64,000 nt of DNA from Shigella phage SSE1: sequence record MK639187; one strand, given 5' to 3'. The translations under genes were made by a program, and so were the position numbers. The stretch's first letter is position 1; each line of letters starts with the position of its first letter. The notes beneath the pieces were generated by a model that was not told the origin of the DNA, did no database searches, and was given only the letters and a program-made list of their open reading frames with translations. Shown here one piece after another: positions 1 through 9,282 of this stretch.

Positions 1-1
1 G

Positions 2-181
2 AATAAAGGTGATACGATAGCTATAGAAATTCGTGAGATGGATATCAAACAAACTACTAAAGATAACCTTATTTGGTTCTTTGGTACAGTGTTGTTGGTT
101 TCTATCTGTATCACAGGTTTTATTACATGTATTGTATTTGGCATTGCATATTTAATCGATGAAAGGAAAAATAATGTTTAA
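2..181 (+). CDS. 3' end of upstream gene, or small membrane protein starting at ATG 38
   Basis: Frame open from window edge to TAA 179-181; hydrophobic C-terminal segment; stop overlaps nrdC start. Confidence 0.35.
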   Translation, partial: NKGDTIAIEIREMDIKQTTKDNLIWFFGTVLLVSICITGFITCIVFGIAYLIDERKNNV

Positions 182-437
182 AGTGTACGGGTACGACTCT
201 ACTATTCATAAATGCATTTATTGTGATAATGCGAAACGATTGCTGACTGTTAAGAAACAGCCATTTGAATTCATTAATGTTATGCCAGAAAAAGGTGTGT
301 TCGATGATGAGAAAATTGCTGAGCTTCTGGTTAAGCTTGGACGTGAATCACAAGTCGGATTGACTATGCCTCAAGTGTTTGCTCCTGATGGAACTTCGAT
401 CGGTGGCTTTGACCAACTACGAGAATATTTTAAATGA
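174..437 (+). CDS. nrdC: Phage glutaredoxin/thioredoxin NrdC
   Basis: 87 aa from MFKVYGYDS, CIYC redox motif, recognised as T4 NrdC-like; ORF track 159..437 with internal ATG 174. Confidence 0.9.
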   Translation: MFKVYGYDSTIHKCIYCDNAKRLLTVKKQPFEFINVMPEKGVFDDEKIAELLVKLGRESQVGLTMPQVFAPDGTSIGGFDQLREYFK

Positions 438-790
438 CATATTCATTAAATCTTAAAGATTTCCAAGATGTATACGAAGTTTGTGCCAATGAACTTGGTC
501 CTGATGCTCCAACTATTATTGAAGTTTTAAATGTGCTCCCTTCATCATTAGCTTACGAAGCCAAATCATGGGGTTGGAGCGACACTGTTGTTCGTGATGA
601 CCTTTACGTCCTGATGAACGATATGATGGTTAAAAAGGCAGAACCGGTTGCACCAATGGTTACCATTACCGTTGAAGAATATAATCGCCTGCAAGCCATT
701 GAAGAGCTTCTGTGGAACATTGAATGTGACCTGCCGTCAGGGCTAGAATCCTGGATTGATTATGAAGAGCTCAATAAACTCCGGGGTTAA
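434..790 (+). CDS. Hypothetical protein (nrdC.1-like by position)
   Basis: 118-aa ORF, start overlaps nrdC stop. Confidence 0.55.
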   Translation: MTYSLNLKDFQDVYEVCANELGPDAPTIIEVLNVLPSSLAYEAKSWGWSDTVVRDDLYVLMNDMMVKKAEPVAPMVTITVEEYNRLQAIEELLWNIECDLPSGLESWIDYEELNKLRG

Positions 791-918
791 ACCGTGGTAT
801 TCGGCTCGATGGGAGACAGTCGAGCCAGACGTCGAAACAGTTGACAATGACGAAGAAACGTGTTATGATGAACCTTCAATAAATGAATTAATTGATATGG
901 AAATGGGAAGAGATTATT

Positions 919-1089
919 ATGCAAGTTAAATTATTATACCGTTTATTAAAAAATGGCAAGCATGATTGGTATTTGCTTATTAAAACCGATCCGAATTTTT
1001 TCTCTGGACAACCATTTACAGTTCGTCCTACTAAACGCCAGCTTCGCAAAGCTAAACGTTCTCATCGTAACTTTTATAGAGAATATTGA
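919..1089 (+). CDS. Small basic protein, paralogue A (C-terminal RPTKRxxRxxKRxHRxFYxxY)
   Basis: ORF track 892..1089, first ATG at 919; C-terminus shared with ORF 1514..1693. Confidence 0.45.
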   Translation: MQVKLLYRLLKNGKHDWYLLIKTDPNFFSGQPFTVRPTKRQLRKAKRSHRNFYREY

Positions 1090-1090
1090 T

Positions 1091-1504
1091 ATGAATATTT
1101 CTGAAACTCGCGGTAAATGGTTCAAGATTGTTAAAGAAGACGAAGAACTCCAAGATAAGTTTCCTGAATTAAAGAAAGATACGATCATCAAGGTAATTGG
1201 TACTACTACCGAAGATGGTTATGGCGACCATGGCATTATCGAAGTGATGTTGAACACAGGTGAGAAACTTTGCATCTATGACCGTGATACTTCTCTTTGG
1301 TGCTTCTGGGAATCCCATTCAATAGATGAACTCGAAGAAATTGACCAAGTAGTTTGTGATGGTGGACTTGGCGAATTCGAAGGTGAACGTATTTCTTATG
1401 CTTTAGCTAAATTAGCCGCCCAAGAAAATAATGACGGTTATGAAGGTAATCTGATGCAAGCCGCAGCGGAATACATTGAATATTTAGAAAGACGTTTAAG
1501 TTAA
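1091..1504 (+). CDS. Hypothetical acidic protein
   Basis: ORF track 953..1504; internal ATG 1091 immediately after paralogue A stop. Confidence 0.5.
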   Translation: MNISETRGKWFKIVKEDEELQDKFPELKKDTIIKVIGTTTEDGYGDHGIIEVMLNTGEKLCIYDRDTSLWCFWESHSIDELEEIDQVVCDGGLGEFEGERISYALAKLAAQENNDGYEGNLMQAAAEYIEYLERRLS

Positions 1505-1513
1505 GGGCTTATT

Positions 1514-1693
1514 ATGAAAACTGCATTATTTTTTGGCGAAAGAACAAACGGTCAAAAATCTTGGAAATTTGTTATAATTGGTGCTCCAAACAATCCGAAC
1601 ATGAGGACTTCAATCATTTCTGTAACACGTCCTACTAAAAGAATGATTCGCCAATACAAACGTTTCCATCGTGACTTTTATAACATTTATTAA
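1514..1693 (+). CDS. Small basic protein, paralogue B
   Basis: 59-aa ORF read by hand (below ORF-track cutoff); C-terminal TRPTKRMIRQYKRFHRDFYNIY matches paralogue A. Confidence 0.45.
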   Translation: MKTALFFGERTNGQKSWKFVIIGAPNNPNMRTSIISVTRPTKRMIRQYKRFHRDFYNIY

Positions 1694-1732
1694 ATTATAA
1701 ATACCCTTATCTATTTAAGGTAAGGGTTTATC

Positions 1733-2206
1733 ATGTTATTATCAGGCGCAAAATATAAAGAAGAAAAACAAAAATTTTATGATGCACAGAATGGTAAGTG
1801 TCCTATTTGCCACCGTGAATTAGACCCTGATGTTCAAGGTAACCATCTTGACCACGACCATGAATTAAACGGGCCAAAAGCCGGTAGAGTTCGTGGATTA
1901 CTCTGTAATCTGTGCAACGCAGCAGAAGGCCAAATGAAGCATAAGTTCAACCGTTCCGGTCTTAAAGGACGTGATGTCGACTACCTCGAATGGCTTGAAG
2001 CTCTTCTTGCTTATTTGAAACAAGATTATTCTGATAATAATATCCATCCTAATTTTGTTCCAGACAAAACTAAAGAGTTCTCAAGACTAGGTAAAGAGGA
2101 AATGATGGCTGAGATGCTTCAAAGAGGATTTGAATATAATGAATCTGACACCAAAACACAATTAATAGCTTCATTTAAGAAGCAGCTTAGAAAGAGTTTA
2201 AAATGA
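1733..2206 (+). CDS. 49: Endonuclease VII, Holliday junction resolvase (gp49)
   Basis: 157 aa, CPIC...HLDHDHELNGPKAGRVRGLLCNLCN zinc/HNH-like core, recognised as T4 endo VII-like. Confidence 0.9.
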   Translation: MLLSGAKYKEEKQKFYDAQNGKCPICHRELDPDVQGNHLDHDHELNGPKAGRVRGLLCNLCNAAEGQMKHKFNRSGLKGRDVDYLEWLEALLAYLKQDYSDNNIHPNFVPDKTKEFSRLGKEEMMAEMLQRGFEYNESDTKTQLIASFKKQLRKSLK

Positions 2207-4020
2207 CAATTGAAAACGAAATTGAAGGATTGATTCATAAAACTAATAAAGACCTTTTAAACGAGAATGCTAATAAAGATTCTCGTGTTTTTCCAACTCA
2301 ACGTGACCTTATGGCTGGTATTGTATCTAAACACATTGCCAAAAATATGGTCGCGTCTTTTATTATGAAAGCACATGAAAGCGGAATTATTCATTTCCAT
2401 GATATTGATTATTCCCCTGCTCTTCCATTTACTAATTGTTGTTTAGTAGATTTAAAAGGAATGCTTGAGAACGGGTTTAAGCTCGGTAATGCGCAGATTG
2501 AAACTCCCAAATCAATCAGTGTTGCTACTGCAATTATGGCACAAATTACTGCGCAGGTTGCTTCCCATCAATATGGCGGAACGACTTTTGCTAATGTAGA
2601 TAAAGTACTTTCTCCTTATGTTAAACGTACCTATGCGAAACATATTGAGGACGCGGAAAAATGGCAAATCACTGATGCGTTGAATTACGCTCAATCTAAA
2701 ACAGAAAAAGACGTATATGATGCATTCCAAGCTTATGAATATGAAGTAAATACTCTCTTTAGTTCAAATGGTCAGACTCCTTTTGTGACAATTACATTTG
2801 GTACTGGAACTGACTGGACTGAACGAATGATTCAGAAAGCAATTCTGAAAAATCGTATTAAAGGTCTTGGTCGTGATGGGATAACTCCTATTTTCCCTAA
2901 ACTTGTTATGTTCATTGAAGAGGGTGTCAATCTTTATAAAGACGACCCGAACTATGATATTAAGCAGCTTGCTCTAGAGTGTGCAAGCAAAAGAATGTAT
3001 CCTGATATTATTTCAGTTAAGAACAATAAAGCTATCACTGGTTCATCTATTCCTGTTTCTCCAATGGGTTGCCGTAGTTTCTTGAGTGTATGGAAAGATT
3101 CGACTGGTAATGAAATTCTTGATGGACGCAATAATCTTGGTGTTGTAACACTGAATCTTCCTCGTATTGCATTAGATTCTTATATTGGAACACAGTTCAA
3201 TGAACAGAAATTTGCCGAATTGTTCAATGAGCGAATGGATTTATGTTTTGAAGCTTTGATGTGTAGAATTAGTTCCTTAAAAGGAGTTAAAGCGACTGTT
3301 GCTCCTATTCTTTACCAAGAAGGTGCATTCGGGGTTCGTCTTAAACCTGATGACGATATAATTGAGTTATTTAAAAACGGTAGAAGTTCAGTGTCCCTAG
3401 GATACATTGGTATTCACGAATTGAATATTCTTGTCGGTCGTGATATTGGACAAGAAATTTTAACTAAAATGAATGCTCATCTTAAACAGTGGACTGAAAG
3501 AACCGGTTTTGCTTTTAGTTTGTATTCTACACCTGCTGAAAACCTTTGTTATCGCTTCTGTAAACTTGATACTGAAAAATATGGAAGTGTAAAGGATGTT
3601 ACTGATAAAGGCTGGTACACTAATAGTTTCCATGTTTCAGTAGAAGAAAATATTACTCCGTTTGAAAAGATTTCTCGTGAAGCGCCATATCATTTCATTG
3701 CGACCGGTGGTCACATTTCTTATGTTGAACTTCCTGATATGAAAAATAACTTAAAAGGTCTTGAGGCTGTATGGGATTATGCCGCACAACATTTAGATTA
3801 TTTTGGTGTTAATATGCCAGTAGATAAATGTTTTACATGTGGAAGTACCCATGAAATGACTCCTACTGAAAACGGATTTGTTTGTTCAGTTTGCGGAGAA
3901 ACTGACCCTAAAAAGATGAACACAATAAGAAGAACTTGTGGTTATTTGGGAAATCCGAACGAACGCGGATTTAATCTCGGCAAAAATAAAGAAATCATGC
4001 ATAGGGTTAAACACCAATGA
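2203..4020 (+). CDS. nrdD: Anaerobic ribonucleoside-triphosphate reductase NrdD
   Basis: 605 aa, C-terminal CxxC zinc ribbon and glycyl radical region (RTCGYLG); single uninterrupted ORF. Confidence 0.95.
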   Translation: MTIENEIEGLIHKTNKDLLNENANKDSRVFPTQRDLMAGIVSKHIAKNMVASFIMKAHESGIIHFHDIDYSPALPFTNCCLVDLKGMLENGFKLGNAQIETPKSISVATAIMAQITAQVASHQYGGTTFANVDKVLSPYVKRTYAKHIEDAEKWQITDALNYAQSKTEKDVYDAFQAYEYEVNTLFSSNGQTPFVTITFGTGTDWTERMIQKAILKNRIKGLGRDGITPIFPKLVMFIEEGVNLYKDDPNYDIKQLALECASKRMYPDIISVKNNKAITGSSIPVSPMGCRSFLSVWKDSTGNEILDGRNNLGVVTLNLPRIALDSYIGTQFNEQKFAELFNERMDLCFEALMCRISSLKGVKATVAPILYQEGAFGVRLKPDDDIIELFKNGRSSVSLGYIGIHELNILVGRDIGQEILTKMNAHLKQWTERTGFAFSLYSTPAENLCYRFCKLDTEKYGSVKDVTDKGWYTNSFHVSVEENITPFEKISREAPYHFIATGGHISYVELPDMKNNLKGLEAVWDYAAQHLDYFGVNMPVDKCFTCGSTHEMTPTENGFVCSVCGETDPKKMNTIRRTCGYLGNPNERGFNLGKNKEIMHRVKHQ

Positions 4021-4487
4021 ATTATGATAGATTTTATCCTTGCGATTTTGTGAATGGCCCTGGTTGCAGGGTCGTTCTTTTCGTTACGGGTTGTTTGCAT
4101 AAATGCGAAGGGTGTTATAATAAATCAACATGGAATGCTAGAAATGGTATTCCATTCACTGGTGAAACACTAGAACAATTGATTGAATGTTTGAATAATG
4201 ATTATATAGAAGGATTAACTATAACCGGAGGAGACCCTCTCTATCCTGATAACCGAGATGTTATTCATCGCATTGCTCAAACAGTAAAAAATCTTTATCC
4301 CAATAAAAGCATTTGGTTGTGGACAGGATATAAGTTTGAAGATATTAAACAACTAGAAATGCTTAAATATGTTGATGTTATTATTGATGGGAAGTATGAG
4401 AAAAATCTTCCGACTAAAAAGCTGTGGCGAGGATCAGATAATCAGCGACTTTGGTCAAATACCGATGGGGTGTGGAAACATGATTAA
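4017..4487 (+). CDS. nrdG: Anaerobic RNR activating radical-SAM protein NrdG
   Basis: 156 aa, CLHKCEGC radical SAM cluster motif; start overlaps nrdD stop. Confidence 0.9.
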   Translation: MNYDRFYPCDFVNGPGCRVVLFVTGCLHKCEGCYNKSTWNARNGIPFTGETLEQLIECLNNDYIEGLTITGGDPLYPDNRDVIHRIAQTVKNLYPNKSIWLWTGYKFEDIKQLEMLKYVDVIIDGKYEKNLPTKKLWRGSDNQRLWSNTDGVWKHD

Positions 4488-4597
4488 ATTGAATTACATT
4501 ATGGATACTATAAATGATATGATTTTTCGTTTTGGTCCAGAATTTTATTCGCAATATAGTTTAATGATTATCAATGCTTAGTTAATTAAGGGTAAAT

Positions 4598-4813
4598 ATG
4601 TACAAATTTCGTAAAGGTTTAGCTGATTTTCTTACAACTGTAACGTTCTTTTTGTTTATGGCAGTTGGAGCTATTATTCTTATTCCTTTTACTGTTGTAT
4701 TTTTCGTGATTAGTTTAATTTCTCCGGAAAAGGGATTATCCTCCAGCGAATTCAATGAACGTTTGGGCAAAATTACTAATAAACTGAATTCTGTTCTTGA
4801 TAAAAAGGCTTAA
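4598..4813 (+). CDS. Small membrane protein
   Basis: 71 aa with a long hydrophobic segment. Confidence 0.5.
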   Translation: MYKFRKGLADFLTTVTFFLFMAVGAIILIPFTVVFFVISLISPEKGLSSSEFNERLGKITNKLNSVLDKKA

Positions 4814-4815
4814 TT

Positions 4816-5133
4816 ATGATTAGTTTTGAGCGGTATGTGGTAGAGAGTTGGAAAGGTTTTGATATGTTCGGTAATGACTATTATTTTTACGAATGTAATC
4901 TAAATCCTAGTTTTTGGGCTGGACGTGAACGAGATCTCGAAGAAATTAATGCTCGTGCCGAATTGTTAGGTGAACTGCCTACAGTTTATTTTACCTTTGA
5001 TGAATCTGGATTTGTTATCCAGGTTTATTTTCCTGAAGAAAACTCTGGCGAGGATTCTGTTAATCCTCCTTATTGGGCTTACCAAGGAATTATTTCTCGT
5101 GGAACAAAACTCGAACTTAAAGAACAAGATTGA
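4816..5133 (+). CDS. Hypothetical protein
   Basis: 105-aa ORF. Confidence 0.5.
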   Translation: MISFERYVVESWKGFDMFGNDYYFYECNLNPSFWAGRERDLEEINARAELLGELPTVYFTFDESGFVIQVYFPEENSGEDSVNPPYWAYQGIISRGTKLELKEQD

Positions 5134-5422
5134 AATTTATGGCATCCCTGAAGAAGTAGGACGTTGTCCAGGATGTTATACTGTTACAAAACTTTTAAAG
5201 GAGCTCAATGCTCCTTATACATTTTATAAAGTCCTCACTAATAATGGTAAGATTGAATATGACCGTCCTTTAATCGTATCTCTTGCTAAACGTGCAGGAT
5301 TCACTTCACTTAATATTCGTTATCCTGTCATATTTTTAAATGATAAGAAACAAAAGAATATTGCAGAGTTTAAAAAGTCCTTGATTTCATTAGGATATGA
5401 CTCCGATATCATAGAAGATTGA
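5120..5422 (+). CDS. nrdH: Glutaredoxin-like protein (NrdH-like), start codon unresolved
   Basis: CPGCY redox motif in KIEIYGIPEEVGRCPGCYTV; no in-frame ATG near the conserved N-terminus; ORF-track ATG 4970 lies inside the preceding gene. Confidence 0.6.
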   Translation, partial: KNKIEIYGIPEEVGRCPGCYTVTKLLKELNAPYTFYKVLTNNGKIEYDRPLIVSLAKRAGFTSLNIRYPVIFLNDKKQKNIAEFKKSLISLGYDSDIIED

Positions 5423-5531
5423 CCAGGTGCCGCCTGGTCTTCTTTATCTCATTTCTAATATAATCCATTGGAATCTTCACTTCACTATCTCCTTGTGCCC
5501 CTCTCAAATCAAAAAATATTTTCATAAAACA

Positions 5532-5560
5532 GTTTACATCCTCAATAGATGTGTTAAGAT
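5532..5560 (+). promoter_or_regulatory. T4-type early promoter (GTTTAC-17-TAAGAT)
   Basis: Seen in sequence, upstream of ORF 5589. Confidence 0.6.
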
Positions 5561-5588
5561 TAAACCATCTACTATAGAGGAAAATAAA

Positions 5589-5771
5589 ATGACAATTGAA
5601 GATAAAGAAATTAAGGTCGACCAGTACTATTCTGTCAACGGTAGTGCAGTACAGATAACCAGAGTTTCAAGCCTGGATGTTTGGTACCGTTCGATCAAAT
5701 ATCCAGAAATTGGTGAAATGCTTTGTGTCCGTGGTATCTTCTGTTCAATTGCGAAGGAAATTAAGCCATGA
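5589..5771 (+). CDS. Hypothetical small protein
   Basis: ATG 5589 after GAGGA and an early promoter; ORF-track extension to 5427 would span the promoter. Confidence 0.5.
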   Translation: MTIEDKEIKVDQYYSVNGSAVQITRVSSLDVWYRSIKYPEIGEMLCVRGIFCSIAKEIKP

Positions 5772-6016
5772 TTAGTTTAGATTCAAAGAAAGTTGTTCTA
5801 ACTCTTAATGTAAACAACGAACGTCTGATATTCATTACCATTTCCGATTTGAACGTTGAAATTGCTAATGGCGTCCGTACTTATCAAACGTCTAAAACAC
5901 ACTGGGACTATATCCCAATGTTGACGCTTACTCAGCGTTTAGAATCAATCGGTCTTAAAGACCTTTCAGTAAGTGAAGTGAATTTTATCAAACGCATTGT
6001 ATCAATCAACCTCTGA
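5768..6016 (+). CDS. Hypothetical protein
   Basis: 82-aa ORF, start overlaps previous stop. Confidence 0.5.
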   Translation: MISLDSKKVVLTLNVNNERLIFITISDLNVEIANGVRTYQTSKTHWDYIPMLTLTQRLESIGLKDLSVSEVNFIKRIVSINL

Positions 6017-6023
6017 GGTACTT

Positions 6024-6317
6024 ATGGGTAAAACGTATCGTCGTAAAGATTTGAAAGTTCGTGATTACGACTATTTTGGTAAACGTAAAGCTCCTGACGG
6101 TGTTAGCCACAAAGACATGGTTGAAAACATTTTCCGCTCAGATAAATGGAAACGTATGAAAGGCGTTGATTCCGAAGTCAAGAACGAAATGAATCGACAA
6201 CTTCGCAAAGAAGTTCGTAAGTTGAAAAAAGATGTTTACAGTAAAGAAGATTATGATTATAATACTTCTCATACTGAAGCCAAACGTAAAGCTAACGAAT
6301 GTTATCGTTACAGTTGA
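6024..6317 (+). CDS. Hypothetical basic protein
   Basis: Internal ATG 6024 after GAGGT; Lys/Arg-rich. Confidence 0.5.
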   Translation: MGKTYRRKDLKVRDYDYFGKRKAPDGVSHKDMVENIFRSDKWKRMKGVDSEVKNEMNRQLRKEVRKLKKDVYSKEDYDYNTSHTEAKRKANECYRYS

Positions 6318-6324
6318 GGAAATT

Positions 6325-6459
6325 ATGAATATCAAACGAATGCTTTTTAAACAGGGATTATATACTTTAAATGCTAATCCAAAGGGTGATACAACTAAAT
6401 GGTCTGTAAATGACTGGATTAAGTTCATCGATGAAAATGGGGCGTGGAACACAAAATGA
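6325..6459 (+). CDS. Hypothetical small protein
   Basis: ATG 6325 after GAGGA. Confidence 0.4.
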   Translation: MNIKRMLFKQGLYTLNANPKGDTTKWSVNDWIKFIDENGAWNTK

Positions 6460-6656
6460 ATCCTGAAAATATTGTGTCATGGCAACTTCGTGAAGAACGC
6501 GCCGAATTCTTTGCCAATATGAAACTCAACGGTGTTGATGATGAAGACTTTTTACGTTGGTTCTGGATTTACAAATACAAAGAATGTCAACATGCTGTGC
6601 TATTGACTTGCGCAGCTATGTACGAAGGCTGGAAAGGCGCTAAAAAGTTCGGTTAA
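6456..6656 (+). CDS. Hypothetical protein
   Basis: ATGA start/stop overlap with previous ORF. Confidence 0.45.
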   Translation: MNPENIVSWQLREERAEFFANMKLNGVDDEDFLRWFWIYKYKECQHAVLLTCAAMYEGWKGAKKFG

Positions 6657-6658
6657 TA

Positions 6659-6697
6659 ATGTACAACGATAGGAAGACATGTTATTATCTTCCTATC
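6659..6697 (+). promoter_or_regulatory. Early promoter with -10 inside inverted repeat ATAGGAAGA/TCTTCCTAT (PeSL-like)
   Basis: ATGTAC...TATTAT flanked by 9-bp inverted repeat. Confidence 0.5.
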
Positions 6698-6719
6698 GTC
6701 TTAAAACGAGGAAAATATC

Positions 6720-6959
6720 ATGGCCCAAGAATTAGATTTTATCAAATTCAAAAAACACCTAGACGTTAAAATTGGGGATTCAATTGTTAGGATTGAGTAT
6801 GACATTTTAACAGATGCTATTACTGTTAGTTGTGACGGAAATAGTTTCAGCTTCGATACAACCGAAAACAAATACCCAATCTATAAAGGCATCTTTGATA
6901 TGGGTGTTGATATTACTCCACGTGATACAAATTACTTACTTTTCATGCTTAAAAAATAG
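6720..6959 (+). CDS. Hypothetical protein
   Basis: 79-aa ORF downstream of promoter cassette 6659-6697. Confidence 0.5.
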   Translation: MAQELDFIKFKKHLDVKIGDSIVRIEYDILTDAITVSCDGNSFSFDTTENKYPIYKGIFDMGVDITPRDTNYLLFMLKK

Positions 6960-6995
6960 TATATAAACTCTTGAGAGCAGAGTATAATTCTCTCA
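6958..6995 (+). promoter_or_regulatory. Promoter cassette copy AAACTCTTGAGAGCAGAGTATAAT (second copy at 51574)
   Basis: TATAAT 6983-6988 inside GAGAG/CTCTC stem; -35 region degenerate. Confidence 0.45.
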
Positions 6996-7025
6996 TTGGA
7001 TAATAAAATAACCGAGGAAAATAAT

Positions 7026-7358
7026 ATGTCTACTAAAATCAAAAACGTAGTTAATTCTTTCGCTTTCGATAAAGTTGTTGCTCTTCTGGAATCCGGCAAT
7101 ATTGTTACTCCTCAAGTTCTTGACGCATGGGAATTCCGTCTTTATGAAATCATGCAAAAACACGACCAAAAAATTGGACGTAATTCTATTCGTGAAATTC
7201 TAGTACAATATATTCTTTCTGAATTTGACGTTGCTGCATTTGGTGTTGAATCTAAAGCTTATCAGAAACATGAAATCTCTGAAAAGACTATCCGTCGTAT
7301 GAAAAATCAACGTAAGAAAAAATTCGTTGACCTGAAAATTGTTAAGGCGGTAAAATGA
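7026..7358 (+). CDS. Hypothetical protein
   Basis: ATG 7026 after GAGGA, downstream of promoter cassette 6958-6995. Confidence 0.5.
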   Translation: MSTKIKNVVNSFAFDKVVALLESGNIVTPQVLDAWEFRLYEIMQKHDQKIGRNSIREILVQYILSEFDVAAFGVESKAYQKHEISEKTIRRMKNQRKKKFVDLKIVKAVK

Positions 7359-7582
7359 GCGTATTAACAGAAACTTTGATTAATGACCTGCGTCTAGCTG
7401 GTTACGAAGTTGGTACAAATAGCCTAGGTCTTCCTCAGATTGAAGGGCCTGGATTTATCCTAGAATATGAATTCAAACAATGGTGGTTATATGCTACGGT
7501 TGACGATGCGTTGAATATTGATTTCGTTGACCAATTTGATTCGTTGGATGCTGCTCTTGAAGCAGCAAAGGAACTAGAATGA
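7355..7582 (+). CDS. Hypothetical acidic protein
   Basis: 75-aa ORF, overlapping start. Confidence 0.5.
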   Translation: MSVLTETLINDLRLAGYEVGTNSLGLPQIEGPGFILEYEFKQWWLYATVDDALNIDFVDQFDSLDAALEAAKELE

Positions 7583-7672
7583 AATTAACTCGAATCAGTA
7601 TAACTGAAGAAAAGTTTGGTGAATTTTAAGTCAACAACTTTATGAAAGTTATGTATCTTTGATAGTATCTCG

Positions 7673-7716
7673 TGCTTTAAGATAGGTCTCTAAATATTAT
7701 GATATAATAGACCTAT
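7673..7716 (+). promoter_or_regulatory. Promoter region upstream of gp55 with MotA-box-like TGCTTTA and stem-loop ATAGGTCT/AGACCTAT
   Basis: Spacing to the -10 candidates is not canonical. Confidence 0.35.
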
Positions 7717-7737
7717 GAATTGAGCTAAGAGGTACTT

Positions 7738-8295
7738 ATGACTGAACAAAAACCTAAAAATAACTATGTGAATAATAAAGAGCTTCTCGCCGCTATAATC
7801 GAGTGGAAAAAGGAGCTCTTAAATAATAAAGACCCAAACAAAATTATTCGTCAGAATGATACCATCGGTTTAGCAATTATGCTTATCGCTGAAGGCCTGT
7901 CCAAACGTTTCAACTTTTCAGGATATACCCAGTCTTGGAAGCAGGAGATGATTGCAGATGGGATTGAAGCCTCTATTAAGGGACTTCATAATTTCGACGA
8001 AACTAAGTACAATAACCCACATGCATACATAACTCGAGCTTGTTTTAATGCTTTTGTCCAACGTATCAAAAAAGAACGTAAGGAAGTTGCAAAGAAATAT
8101 AGTTACTTCGTTCATAATGTCTACGACAGTCATGACGATGATATGGTAGCGTTGGTAGATGAAACGTTTATTCAAGACATCTACGATAAAATGACGCATT
8201 ATGAAGAATCCGCTTATAAAGCTCCTGGGGCTGAAAAGAAGGAAGTTGTTAGCGATTCGCCTAGTTTGGATTTTTTATATGAGGATGACAATTGA
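7738..8295 (+). CDS. 55: Late-transcription sigma factor gp55
   Basis: 185 aa, recognised as T4 gp55-like across its length. Confidence 0.9.
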   Translation: MTEQKPKNNYVNNKELLAAIIEWKKELLNNKDPNKIIRQNDTIGLAIMLIAEGLSKRFNFSGYTQSWKQEMIADGIEASIKGLHNFDETKYNNPHAYITRACFNAFVQRIKKERKEVAKKYSYFVHNVYDSHDDDMVALVDETFIQDIYDKMTHYEESAYKAPGAEKKEVVSDSPSLDFLYEDDN

Positions 8296-8494
8296 CATCT
8301 CTAACTACTTAGAAGAACCTTTTGACGAAGCAATCCCTTATTTGGTAAAACTGTTGGGTCGTGAATTTAAAATTAATTTTGACATCGACCCTTTGAACCC
8401 ACATGACGTGTCATTTTCGATAAATGGGACTCCGGTTGAGTATGAGTTCTGTATTGAAGAGGATGGACGTTTTTATTTTAATTTAATGAGATAA
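8285..8494 (+). CDS. Hypothetical protein
   Basis: ATG 8285 overlapping gp55 stop. Confidence 0.4.
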   Translation: MTIDISNYLEEPFDEAIPYLVKLLGREFKINFDIDPLNPHDVSFSINGTPVEYEFCIEEDGRFYFNLMR

Positions 8495-8495
8495 T

Positions 8496-8819
8496 ATGAC
8501 TACCGAGATTATTGAAAATAAAGAAGCAGAAGATGCAGTAGCTAAAATGCTACAAGAAATCCAAAAGAAAAATGAAGCTGAAGCACGTAAAAAATCCGAA
8601 AAGATTCTTAAAAAGAATCGTTTTGAACTAAACCGTCTTTATGCTCATGCTCAAGAAGCAGCAATTCAAAACAACTTCGAAGCTTACGAATATGCTATTA
8701 AGAAATCTCGGGATATTCTACGACAACCATATAATGACAAGTTAATTAAAATCCAGTGGGTTACTACTCGTCAGGCTATTGAGGACATCATTAATGGCGC
8801 TAGTTCAAACAAAGTTTAA
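8496..8819 (+). CDS. Hypothetical protein
   Basis: 107-aa ORF. Confidence 0.5.
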   Translation: MTTEIIENKEAEDAVAKMLQEIQKKNEAEARKKSEKILKKNRFELNRLYAHAQEAAIQNNFEAYEYAIKKSRDILRQPYNDKLIKIQWVTTRQAIEDIINGASSNKV

Positions 8820-9000
8820 ACGATTGAAGCTGAACGCAGGGTTCACCCTTAAATTGGGAGGTCCTCTTTGTGTTAAAATCTCTGAAAAGGAATATCACGA
8901 CGGTTCTATTACAGAAATTTGTCCACCTATTGTAAAGGCAGACCCAAAACAACTCGTATGGGTTGATTCATTTCAAGTTAAGAAATGGTGGAAACGATGA
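8794..9000 (+). CDS. Hypothetical protein
   Basis: ATG 8794 after GAGGA. Confidence 0.4.
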   Translation: MALVQTKFKRLKLNAGFTLKLGGPLCVKISEKEYHDGSITEICPPIVKADPKQLVWVDSFQVKKWWKR

Positions 9001-9039
9001 GAGAAATCGATTTAGGTATTTTCTGAGAGGTGATTATGC

Positions 9040-9213
9040 ATGACGAACGACCTGACCTCTGAAAATTTCGATAAAATCCGTAAAGGCAAAGCAGAAAGAA
9101 TGAGACGTTTTAAAGAGTCTTATGATAAAGCTAAAGCCGAAGGAACTATTACATACAAGCCCATTCGATTTAAAAGTTCAAATGAGCCTCTGTATGGTGT
9201 ACTATGTGGATAG
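9040..9213 (+). CDS. Hypothetical small protein
   Basis: 57-aa ORF read by hand, followed by hairpin terminator. Confidence 0.35.
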   Translation: MTNDLTSENFDKIRKGKAERMRRFKESYDKAKAEGTITYKPIRFKSSNEPLYGVLCG

Positions 9214-9238
9214 GAACTCTTCGGAGTTCCTTTTTTGC
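9213..9238 (+). terminator. Intrinsic terminator (GGAACTC-TTCG-GAGTTCC, T6)
   Basis: Seen in sequence, upstream of gp47. Confidence 0.7.
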
Positions 9239-9282
9239 TTTATAAACGGATGATAGAATGAATTAACTAATGAGGAAATAAT

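Noticed and set aside
4970-5119. N-terminal 50 codons of ORF 4970..5422
   Set aside because: Fully overlaps ORF 4816..5133 in another frame; the conserved glutaredoxin domain starts about 5120
5427-5588. N-terminal extension of ORF 5427..5771
   Set aside because: The extension spans an intergenic early promoter (GTTTAC at 5532); the internal ATG 5589 with SD is the plausible start
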